NCBI RefSeq assembly: GCF_003704095.1 | Contig: NW_020846275.1 | Location: forward strand, 1 to 64,000 | Source of the DNA: Pocillopora damicornis | Taxonomy: Eukaryota | Reading direction: 5' to 3' | Length of the DNA stretch: 64,000 nt | Shown here: piece after piece, positions 35,601 to 47,600 of the stretch | Layout: each line of letters begins with the position of its first letter | Numbering within the stretch: position 1 is the stretch's first letter | Made by a program: the position numbers and the translations under genes | The notes under the pieces: generated by a model | The model's database searches: none | Seen by the model: only the letters and a program-made list of their open reading frames with translations | What the model was told of the DNA's origin: nothing

Positions 35601-38600
35601 GTATTTACGCGAGTTTGAGTTTGACCATTTCGCCAGTTCTTGTTCCATATTGTACGTGTAAGTTGTAAAATTCGGAAGTTGCCGAGAATTTGAAATAGGC
35701 CAGTTTCTATTGTGGTATTTGCTAACTTTTGGGGAGAAGCTATGAAATCAAAACAATGCCCTGTGAAATGTCCTCACGTAGATGGTTTTCCTTTGAAAAA
35801 GAACAGACCATTCATTACTGAGTTGTAAATACATGTTTAGTGCAGTTTGTTAATCAATGGTTGGCTTGTTGAGCCGCCTCGCCGTAAGCCTATGAATTCC
35901 CCACCCCGCCTCCCCGAATCAATAGCATTAAAATCATCATCATCATCATCATCATCAACTTTGGGCCGAGTGATTAACGATTTAAATTTAAACTCTCGTA
36001 TCTTTTGTCTAGCAGTCTAGACTGGACAAAATAACTAGTCTCTTTAAAAAAATAGCTTTGGCTAGTCTAGTTTTAGGACATTTCTTTTGTTACGTATTTT
36101 CCTCATGTATTAATTGCAGATATGCTGTTGTTGTGTGCTGAAGATTGTTGCTATGGCATGTTTGTGCAGTAATGACAGCATTCCACCCTCACCCTCTCCG
36201 CCGTTCCCCCTCCCCCCCCCACCTAAACCTTTCTACCTTTCTTTCAAACAGGGGTCGAGTCTGTTCTTAATCCTTGTTTTCAGTTGTTCGAAAGGTTCTT
36301 TCCTGGGTTAAGGAGTTTTTTACCACCACAAAAACCGACTCTCTATAATCTGATTTGAAGTGGAGACAGTGAATGCGCAACAAAAATTCCATTTTTTTTC
36401 ACTTGTTTTATTTTGCTTTGGTGATTGCGTCACTTGAATTAAACAAGTGTTTAGTGCTTTACAGCTTCACTTTCTAGTGATTAAACTAAGTATGTCAAAC
36501 TCCACTGGAGCATAATTAACAGGGAAATTCATTCAGGGATGTTTCACTGATGACCTCCACACATATTACAACATTTTCCTTGTAGCGGACGGAGAACCGA
36601 ATGAAGCCGAAGCAGCTCGCTCTTTAAGCGCTTACCTTCAAATAATAAACCGCTCAGGCCGAGCGATCAAGGTGATCTTGATATACATTCATCATTCTTG
36701 AAAATGGTTGAGAAGGCTGCCTTTAGTTAAAAGTGGCTTATGAGACCACTCCATTCATGAAGAGTACTCCATTATCAATAAGATTTCCACCTAGATCGAT
36801 CAATTCTGAAATCGTCTCCTATAATCTAAAAGAATGAAAAAGAAAAAAGGGTAAAACCATCAAAAGATAATTAATCCTTTGTGCATTTACCGGTCTGGTA
36901 GGTCTATACCGGAAAATGGTAAACGCCTCTGATATCAAATGTAAATTGTCGTCACCCATGATTTTACTCGGTATATGTAACCTCTTTATATTCTTCACAT
37001 TTTCATAAGGGGGCTCGCTTAATATTTCATTTGACGTTCCCCTTGTAACGCTCACTTCAATAACTATTGTTTAATGGTCAGTTAATTTACTTATCCTTCG
37101 CTCTGACGAAGGGGAAACTTTCGAAATTTCAGCTTTAGAAACTCTTTTAAGTGGCCATTTTACATTATCAACTCTGTTTATAAAAACCAAATTGTCTTGT
37201 AATAACTCTCACCGACGCAGCACCACAGTTTTTGTAGAAATTTAACATATTTAGTTCACTTGTATGTCAATCGATCAAGGAAGTAAGCAATCGGCCGTGA
37301 CCAAATAAACAACGGTTGACGGGGCATTTTTTAAAATATGGTATATTTTCATTGATGACAGATGTATTATGTCTTCGAGGGAAAAGAAAAATACTTTCGA
37401 ATCTTAACAAAAGGAGCAACACTGGAAATAGATACTTATACGGTTCATAAATGGATAGCTAAAGACTACGACACCGGCAAAGCGCTCTTTCTCAATAGGC
37501 AAAAGACTTACACACCACCAACAGGCACCAATGCTAAAAAACCAGCCAATGTTTACGTCACTATACCACGTGAGTTACACACCAAGTTTATCTGTCTCGA
37601 CAAGGACATATGTGGAACACAGCAGTCAAACGTAGGGCATGCACGAGCTCGAGGGTATCAGTTTTGCGCGCCTGCTCGCCAATTTCCCGCGCGAAATTTC
37701 CAAGGAAAAGATATAAAAATCGCAAAACAAGAGTTAGAAATCTGGAAAAGCAAAGAAAATAGGGAGAAGGAAAACTCGAGACTTATTGAACACAAAACTT
37801 ATTCAAGTAAGCGCTTCAGGTTAATTTACCGTTCTGTTTTGAGCCTCACCAAAAAAGTTAAACACTTCTCAAACACCATGATTTACTGGCTTGTGTGGTT
37901 GTTTGCAACTTTTGTGAGACAGCGTGATTTCGACTGCATGAAAGCACGCCACCCAGTCGGTACAATGTTCGTACATTTTCAAATGTTTGACCGTTGTGTT
38001 CATCTAAAGGGGTTGGATTTATTCGCTTTGCTAGATTTATTGTTTAAGAGAGATAAGATAAGTCGTGAGAAATCATTGGCCCATTTCTGCCCGTCCAGAT
38101 TATCCTTGTTTTCACAGAGGAACACATGTAGGTGTTGTTCTAAAATGAATTTTAGTCTATAAAAATAGGAGGATTAGCCTCTTAGGACTGGTATTTAGCC
38201 CTTGATCCTCCATTAACCTTTAAATCCTTGCTGTGAACCCATCCAAGTCCATCGATGGAATCTACACACCTGTCATTCTTTCCACATGACGCAAGCATTT
38301 TGTTATTTTTTAGCTGGACTTAAGCTTCCCGACCCCTTGGGTCCCGCTCAGCCAAACAGCCACATAACATTCATCAACAAATCAAATCGCTTTGTGAAGG
38401 TGAGGCGTCCTTTGCGTCTTGTCGATATTATAAATTAAAGGAACAGGAGTATATTTTCCTTATATTCAGTCAGTTCTCCTAAGAAAAAATAACGCATTGT
38501 GAAACAGGTAAGTGAGTTATGAGAATAAAGTAGATAAACAACTGAGGGGTGTCTTATGTTGTCATCTAATCTTGAGCCAAGCTTCTGCTTTACTGGAAGC

Positions 38601-41600
38601 ATAATAAGCAGGCTCGAGAACAGACAGCGTTTGAAGCGTTTAGTGTTAAATCCTCTAATAATTGGCTAAGAACTCGTTCGAAAATTTTGACCATCAGTAT
38701 TCAGGTTTCCATAGTTGACCATCGAAGAACCAGGAATGTTCATTGGAGGTTCTTCTTTTTGCTCCCAAACCAAAAAGAATGCAAAATTCTGCCCTGTGTT
38801 GCACTACACTGTTTCTTCATTCATTTCTTTGAATCTGTTTGTTTTCGGTTTCCCTTATGTTATGCGCAAGTTCTGCAAGATCTCAGACATTTTTCTTATA
38901 TATGATTTTCCTCTGTAATGTACGTAGCGATGGAGGCTGCCTGTACTTGTGCCTTTTGTTTGATCGTGACCGCTGCATGATAAGTAATCCTCGCGGAAGA
39001 GTCTCTTGACCTTGCCTAATTTTCTTTCCTTTCCGTCTCTCGAAGATTTACTACATCGAGGATGGCGAGACGAGATTTTTTAGCAATCTTTCTCCTGCAG
39101 AGGAAATGCATGTGAATACTTTCACCTCTCACCGGTGGTTTGCCAAGGACCTGGATACAGGCAAATCTTTCCTTGTGAACGGAGAAAAACAGTACATCCC
39201 GCGGGAATCGCATATTGATCGTCGGATACATGTTGCCATTACCGTGCCAAGTTCGTGATATTTTTGCCGTAAAAAAATTTATTATGTTTTAAGTGACCCA
39301 AAGTTGTAGTTGATGATAATAACAATGATGAGGATATTGATGCTGATGATGATAACGATACTGCTGCTGCTGCTGTTGATGATGATGATGATGATGAGCA
39401 GCTGCTTCATTACGTTTCCCTAAAATATTAAGATTTTTTCGAGATTTTTTGAAAGTGCCTCTCACTTTCATCTAAGCGTTATACACTTACACCAGAAAGC
39501 CAGCTCTAAGAAGCACGGACTGTACTCACAACTTGGTGCTCTCATGTTAAGAGAATATCAAATATTTTCAGCGTACGTACATGCTTACTGACCCTACTGC
39601 TTTGTCAAGTAAATAAATTGCGGTTTTCATTGGTAAACGATCTCCATTGGTTTCACAGGTACAATCTCCCTGCCCGATATGAAGTTCCCTGAAATGGTCA
39701 AAACCCAACCAAAATACATAGAAGTAATGGCAGCCGCTGATAGTTCTGTGGTGAAGTTTCATGGCAAAGAGAAAGCAGAGAAATATGTCTTAACTTTGAT
39801 GAACATAGTAAGTAAATTCCTTCATATCTTTTCTATTACCTTTTTACGGCGGCAAATTTATATTATCAACTTAGTTGATAAGACAAAATTATGTTGCTAT
39901 ACCCCACAGATAGAGCACCGAAGTTTCTTTAAAAACTGATCCCCTTATACCAAAGGAGGACTGTTACCGACAGTAGTGACTACCATTTCTACAAACTGAG
40001 AGGAAGTCACTATCAGAGAGTCAAGACTTGACTTGACTAGAGTACCTTGACTGATGATAACTCCCGCTCAGGATGTCGAACGTCAGTTGCCGACAAAAGC
40101 CCATTTCAGAACTGCTCTCACCCAAAGACACCCATCACGATCAAGTGAAGCTAATTAAGCTGGTCCTTTTGTGGGGACTCTCTTTTTGCATCAGGGAGGT
40201 GGATGTAAAAGAATATCTCCATAGTGATATAACTAGCCTGTACCTGTCCTTTTTCAATGTTTCCTTTGTCACAGGTCTCCAGAATATTTCAGCACAAGTC
40301 AATTGGTGCTCCTATCTATTTTGTGGTCGTTAAACTTGTTCTTCTGGAAAGAGACCCGGTAAGACACGATTCCTAATAATTTATAGAGTGTGAAGTTTTC
40401 TTAAATTACGTTCACTTGGACAGGATGGCACGGAAAAAAGCTTGATTTTGCTTAACTTTCCCGCTCTAATCGTTGAATCACGTTTTCACGTTTGTTTGTA
40501 AATTGTTTCCAGTGCTGCCCCTTCAATAATTTCATCATTCAGTATTGCGAATGAAGGAAAGTATTCGTGCATATCCGGATATGGACGACGCGATTCATAT
40601 GGTAAATACGTAGTAAGCTGCCATGAGAATGAACAGAACATAAGGATTAGGGCAAGAGTGTTTTTTGCTCAAAGGTTCAGATCTCACCCTAGAAATAACG
40701 GTTCCAGCTGATTTTCATACGCTCGTATTCTGCACGTCCGATGCGCAAAGAAGGGACCGTAGTTTAACCCTTTACCCACCAACATCAGTATGCATATTCT
40801 CCATACTGTTCTCTATACATTTCCAAAGAGGCTAACAGGGAGAATTTGTGTAACAGTCAAGAGCTTCTTTAGTTGATAATCATCTCTTCTCTTCTCATAA
40901 CTTTCATGTTTGATTCAGGGATGATTAAGTAAGGAGAAACAAGATACTAGTCACTCTTGGGGGCTAAAGGGTTAAGCAATCAGGACGGCAACGCTTAGGA
41001 AAACGTCGATTAAAAAAATTAATCTGTGTTTTTCTTCTAAGAATGTCTAGAATGAGTTGATGCGATTACCGTCTTAAACGGCGTCAGACCTCATCTTCAG
41101 CATAAGATTTGTGAGCAACGTTCAGTTCTAAATGGAAACATAATAATTAGCCGTCAGTGCCGCGCAACTTTTGGTGATTTTACGTTGTTGTTCTGCAGAG
41201 GACGGCTAGGAAATGTACAAAATTTTAAAACGCACATGCCGTTGTGTGCTTATAAAATATTCTGTTTTGCCACTTTCTCGTTGCCGTCGCTATCGTGGTT
41301 TGTTTAAGTCTCTGCTTAGACGTTTTGATCGAGTTTGCAGCGTGGGCTGTGTAAAGTTAAAACATATTGCAATTATTTGTTGTATCTTAGAGAGAAATCA
41401 AAATTACCGGCAAACCGATGGCAAGCTTATCAAGTGTTTGTTACTGGGGCCATAAGACGAGGAAAGGCTTTGACAAAGTCGACAAAGATTTTTACGATCA
41501 GACCGTGTTTCTTACAAGGTAACAGTCTTTCACTTGTACCATATCATATGTATATTGGGTAATCTGAGTGAACGTAATCTGCGAAATGTTACTTGCGTCT

Positions 41601-44600
41601 GTCTTTAAGGGCATCGGTAGTCAGGGGCGACGCCTACAAAGAAGCAAACTCCGATCCCAGTTGAATAAAATACATATACGTTACTGTCACATTTGTGTCA
41701 CCATTAAAGGGACAACTCTCTTTGGAGGACTTCTGGCGGATATTTTCATTTATTCTTACAAGATCGTCGAGGCTTTCCGAACACTTCGGAAAGTGTCACT
41801 CATATGTCACTACACTGCTTTCGAATGTGTATCTTATTATTGGGTGCGAACCGTATCTTTAGCAGGAACTCTTAATTGCTTATCGTGTATATCGCTTAAC
41901 TAATGTGCTTTTGTTTTGTATCTTTTATCTTTTCACAGAAAAGACTTTGGACCTTCAGGTACTAGACTTAATCGAAGCAGTTTCTTTCGACTGGTCTGTT
42001 GAGGGATGCGAACTTGAATGTGCATTCATCAGTATAGCTTTCATTGTCTTTCGTCATTAAAAACTGAATTCGAGCTAATTAGACCAATTTTCATCTTTGA
42101 TCTATTTTTTTTATTCGGAAGGCTTGTATCAGTCTGAGGTTTTCCTGTCAGTTGAAATTAATTATTCGATTTTGCTATGTTGACGAGAATATTATTATGA
42201 GAATCGTAAACGATGAAGGAAAACTGGAAAGATGTTCATAAGGTCTCCAGATGTGCCGGTTTCAAGTCTGTCATTGCCGCTGCTCGGTAGTGTAAAGGGT
42301 CTGACGCATGCAAAGCATTTATTATTGTTCTCTACCAGTGTTTAAATCATTCCATATCCAAACGTTTCAATAAGTACGAGTTTTAAACCAATTGAATTGC
42401 CGATCTCCAGGTTACGCCCCAGTTCACGGCATGTGTTATCGAGTACGAAGCTGCACTCTGAACGAAGAAGACGGATTCACTTCATCGTTTATCATCGCTC
42501 ATGAGACAGGACATACGTAAGTTGTAGCTCATAGCGCATAGATTATTGTGCATTTTGCAACATGCGCTGAATCTTCGTTACGCATTAAGCGTTGCGCATG
42601 TTATACAGTTTAAAGAGCTTGGTGTTTGCGTATATATATATTGCCCGTGAAGTTTCAGATCCCATAAACCTACTTTTCTAGTTACATAAACCAAAAAAAA
42701 ACACGATACTTTCTTATTATAAACAGACTAGGAATGGAACATGATGGAGTGAAGAACAACTGTTCTAATGACGTCATCAAAGGCAGTATCATGGCGCCTC
42801 TGGTGCGCTCCCGGTTTGACCGCTTTTACTGGTCTTCCTGTAGTCGGCGGGATCTGATTACGAAACTCAGGTACGTCACAGGATTATGTAATGCCATTTA
42901 TGATTAACTGGTGGGTTGATTTGTCGATTATTCCCAAAAATGAAAATATTTTATGCCTTATCATCTTACCTCGCATCAAATTACCCGTTAGCGTTTTACA
43001 CCATTTTATCTTAGTTCTCCTCCTCATAAAGAAAATTAGATTGTGTTTTTATAATTCTTAGTCACCTTAAAATTTTTTTCACTTTTTTTTCTTGGTGTTT
43101 TTTTTTTCGTAGAGCTCTTTGGTGTATAGATGACGTACCATTTAGAAATGAAATACCATACTTGAAGAAGCTTCCAGGCCAGATTTACTCTATTGATGAA
43201 CAATGTCAGCGTGAATTTGGTAAAAATACCAGATTCTGTAGCGGGGTTAGTTCAACTAGTTCATTTTGTGCGATAGAAGATATCGAAGGAACCGTAGGTC
43301 CATGATAAAACTCTCTTGGGTCTTAATGAGTGTCTTATGTGAGGTGATGGTTGTTTAGTTCGTGCATCTTGAAAAATAGGCGTATATTTGAGTTGTTTTT
43401 ATGTACGATCCCTGCCACGTTTTTTCTTATTCGTCTTTTTTTTTAGAGCTGTTTTCAATTGAGCGTCGAAAGTAATCCATGATAACTTTGGTTTTGCTCA
43501 ACTTCACTTGACGATTGTCTAGAAAACTGAGGCCACCCTCTCGATCAATCAAATTCAAAACTAAAATCAATCCTGATTTGAACAATCTCTTGTTTTCCTG
43601 CCTTTCATGCATTATTCCCGTTATTTCTTGGTGCTCTAATTGACTAATCAAGACCTTCGCTCAGACTGATTGAGGTTACATTGGTTTTGGTTTTTGGAAA
43701 CTCAGTGAAAACTGCTCTATACTTGTTCCCTTTTACTTTATTCTTGCAAATTGGGCGTCTTTGCACAGAACTATTGTTCTGACACTTTTTATGCTAGTTT
43801 ACATTTCAGAAACGACTGAAGTTACGGTGATGTAGCTCGGTTATAGTCCTGTAGTTGCTCTCCTTCGCAAATTGTAATTTGGATTTTTTTTCGCTTCAAC
43901 TTGGCAGATGAAGCGCGATCCGTGTAAAGAGTTATGGTGCAGCCGTTTGTCCTTTTCAACTTATAACAACCGCTTTTGTCAAACAAGACGTACAGCGGCC
44001 TTGGAAGGAACAAAATGCGGAGTTGATAAAGTGAGATATGAATTACGTTTTTCTGCTTGATTCTGATATATATTATATACAGCAAAAATTATACCGGTCA
44101 TTAGCTGCACTTGAAATAGGGAGGACTCTTGACACACATTCAAGAAAAATTCCTGCTTTATCAGTCTCTAATAAGCCCTTTAGCAGTTGCAAGAACCTAT
44201 ACGGAAGATTGATCAAATTGTCAGACTGCGTTTTGCCGATAAATAAGACCTTATCATGTCTCGACGTAATGCTTTTACTCTACCAGTTGTGCGCGTATAA
44301 TCCTTCATAATACTTACTGTTGTAACGGTTTTCTTCTACGCCAAAGAAAGGTCCGGTTGATGTTAAAATTTTATTCTAAAGCATAAATGTCACATGCATT
44401 TCCAACGAACTCAGCGTTCTTTCAACAGCTCTTACGTTGTCTCAATTAGAAGGCGATGATTTGGTACATATCTAAGTCAACCCAAGACAGGACTCTGTTT
44501 CTATATGTCATTTAAATAGCGACTGTCTGAAGAACAACTGAATGTTTCTATTCCCCAGTGGTGTCGATTGGGAGAATGCGTCCCGGTGGATGATGATGAA

Positions 44601-47600
44601 GATATCAGCATTCCTCTGCCTCGACCAAAAGTTAAACCGGTTCATGGTGGCTGGAGTGAATGGAGTGGACTCAGTGAATGTTCAAAACCGTGCGGTGTAG
44701 GGATCCGTTACCAAACAAGGAAGTGCAATAATCCAGTGTAAGTGTTGTCACAGTTTAAAGAATCGAGTCAATATTTAGCACCGTATGTTAGATTGAGAGG
44801 ATGTAACGGATTTCATTCACACAGTTAAGGTAAATGTGCACGATATGTCTTTTACGCACCCTACATTCTGAATTTCTAGAGAGTGTCGTTCATCTCTGGA
44901 ACAAAACCAGCCAACGGTCAAGATTGGCTGTTATTTTGAATATCTCTAACCTTTAAACAGAATATAAGCTTTTGCTGGTGTATTATGTGGTTATGAGTGC
45001 GGGTTTCGAGTTTGCCTTTATCGTTAGCTTTCAATTTTGGAGGTTAAGTACGTAACGGCCATACTTGAAGGGCGTGGTAAGTTCGGCCTGATGCAATTCT
45101 GCCAGTTTTCTGAACAGAATTAATAGCGGTAATTGAACTAAGTGCAATTTGGTCTGAAATAATGCTCGTAATTTCAAAATTAAATCTCCATTTGGTATGA
45201 CTCCTTATGTTTTTCTATAACTTTATATCATAAATTGAATTTTTGATTATCAGTATTTACAATGTAACTATTGTATTGTAGCCTTTTACTCAGAAGAAGA
45301 ATAATGATGTAGAAAATTAATTTATTTTGCTTGTAGGCCTCAAAACCTCGGGAGACCTTGTGAGGGGGAAGATGCTAAATTTGAACTTTGTAACACTGAG
45401 GTACGTTTTAATAACGTCTGTTGCGTCATCAATAGCATCGTAAATGCTATAATAACCAACCAATGACTGCTTACCGGCTAAAGATAGCAGCATGAATAAG
45501 AGCCAACGTATGCAAGTGACTTACATCTACGAACTTGAGGACTTTTAAAGTCTACCATAATGGCTTGTTTATCTTTTTCACCAGGACTGCCCTGGTCAGC
45601 TGTTAACGTTCGAGGCGTCAAGAAATGAACAGTGCAAGAGACGCGCACCTTTGATTTTACCAGAAATTGCCGGCAACTGGGCAGCACATGATATCTTTAA
45701 AGGTTAGATCTCACTTTGTTCAGGTTTTGTTATTGTTGTTGTCATAAGTTTTCCTGCATGCTTGCTTTCTGTTTTCCTTGTTTTTGTTCTTTTCTTGCGG
45801 AGTTCATTCTTCAAGAAGTTAAATTTTATCTTTAAATTCCTGACTTGCCTGCTGATATCAAGACCCTTTGGAAGTATCTTTTTATGTTTTTAACTCATAT
45901 TCTAAACAATTTCGCAAACAAAAAGGTGGAAGACATGTGGAATGAATGATAATATATATCGCGGGAAAAATGTATTAGTCTTGGTATGACCTGCTCTATG
46001 ATTAAACAGCCACGGCCACGGAAAAAAGGATGAATACTCTTGTAATTTTCAGCGCTTCTTACCGAGTACCATAGTTTTGGTTGCGTTTAATTCTTCTTTC
46101 AGAAATTTGCTCAATGATAAGGACTCCATTTCCCTGATGCCTCATGCTGTCGAATTAAAGAGTAAATTCATCAAACCTTATCTTTCCTGGCTAATGCTGC
46201 TTTTTCATTTCTCTTAAAATCACTTAGCGAGCATTGACTGTGACTTTGAGACTGGTCTGTGTGGCTGGACAAATGATGCTCATGATAATTATGACTGGAA
46301 GCACAACAAGGGTCGCACCCCGACCGCTGGTACAGGACCCTCCGCAGATCACACTAAAGGACGAGATGGTGAGGAAGGAAAAAACCCAGCATTTGGTTAT
46401 TACTGTAATCCTTACTTCTTTCCCTTTTCTATTCATTGCTATTTGGTAGTAAGGTAATTTGGTATCATCAACTGAGTTGATAACGTAAATTGGCCACCGT
46501 AAAGAGTTCCAAAGCGGACGTTTCGAGCATTAGCCCCTCTCAGAGGGAATAACGAAGAGCTAACGCTCTAAACGTTAGCTTTGAAACTCTCTACGGTGGC
46601 CAATTTACGTTATCAATTCAGTTGATAATACCAAATTACTGTGTTATACTCTCCCACCGACGCAGCAGTACAGTTTCTTTAGAAACTTACCCCTTCATTG
46701 TTATTGTGTAGTGTTAAGTTCTGCAAGCTGGTTAAAATGAAGACAATTTTGGCTCTTAGAAGTTAGTTGTTCTTCTGCATCCAATATTAGCTTCGTTTTC
46801 ATTAACTCTTTAATCCCCGAGGGTGACTAGAATCTTATTTCTCACTAAGGTATCATTACTGAATCCAACATAAAGGCTTATGAGAATCAAGGGAACGATC
46901 ACAAACTTGGACAGCTCTTGATTTTTTATGTCATAGATATGATTTTTTTTTTAAATTGAGGTATATTTTTTTAAAATATGGCGTAAATTTGCCTGGAGTA
47001 AGATCGGAATCAAATAAGAACAAGAACACTGAGCAGTTTTCTCATCAACAGGGTTATGTGACTGTTAACATATGTTTCTTCGTACTTTGTGTGTAGGCCA
47101 TTACGTATTTTTGGAGACGTCTCGGCCACTTAACCCTCGAGACAAGGCCCGTTTGATCAGTCCGTATATAGGACTTAAGGTTGCATGTCTAAAGTTCTGG
47201 TATCATTCGTTTGGTGACAATGCACATATGGGAGAGCTTCAACTTATCATCAAAAGCGATACAGTGAGTATAATTCTGAATGCACAAATGACTTACATGT
47301 GGTGATGAAATCAAATAATCCTTGCAGTTAAATCGCGTCAATTTGAAGTCCTTAATGTTTTTTTTTTCTGAACTCTTATGACCAGTTTGAGTTCAGAAGG
47401 TGTGTGTAAATAACGTAACAGCAACTTTTCGTCAAGGAAGAAAAGTTCCTCAACCCGATCCGAATCAATGTCAGTTTAGGGTGGTCAAGCGAAAGAAAAA
47501 AAAAACTTGTGTACCGTTCATAGGTTTCTTATTTAGTCTCGAGCCTAGAAACATGACATGTGGCTGCTTTTTTTTTTCAATCTGTTCTTTTCATGTTTTT

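Noticed and set aside
37570-38162. C-terminal ~197 aa of the 266-aa ORF 37362-38162
   Set aside because: Intron read-through after the C|gtgagt donor at 37569; no recognisable domain.
39289-39471. His/Gln-rich ORF
   Set aside because: Translation of an intronic (CTG)n(ATG)n microsatellite.
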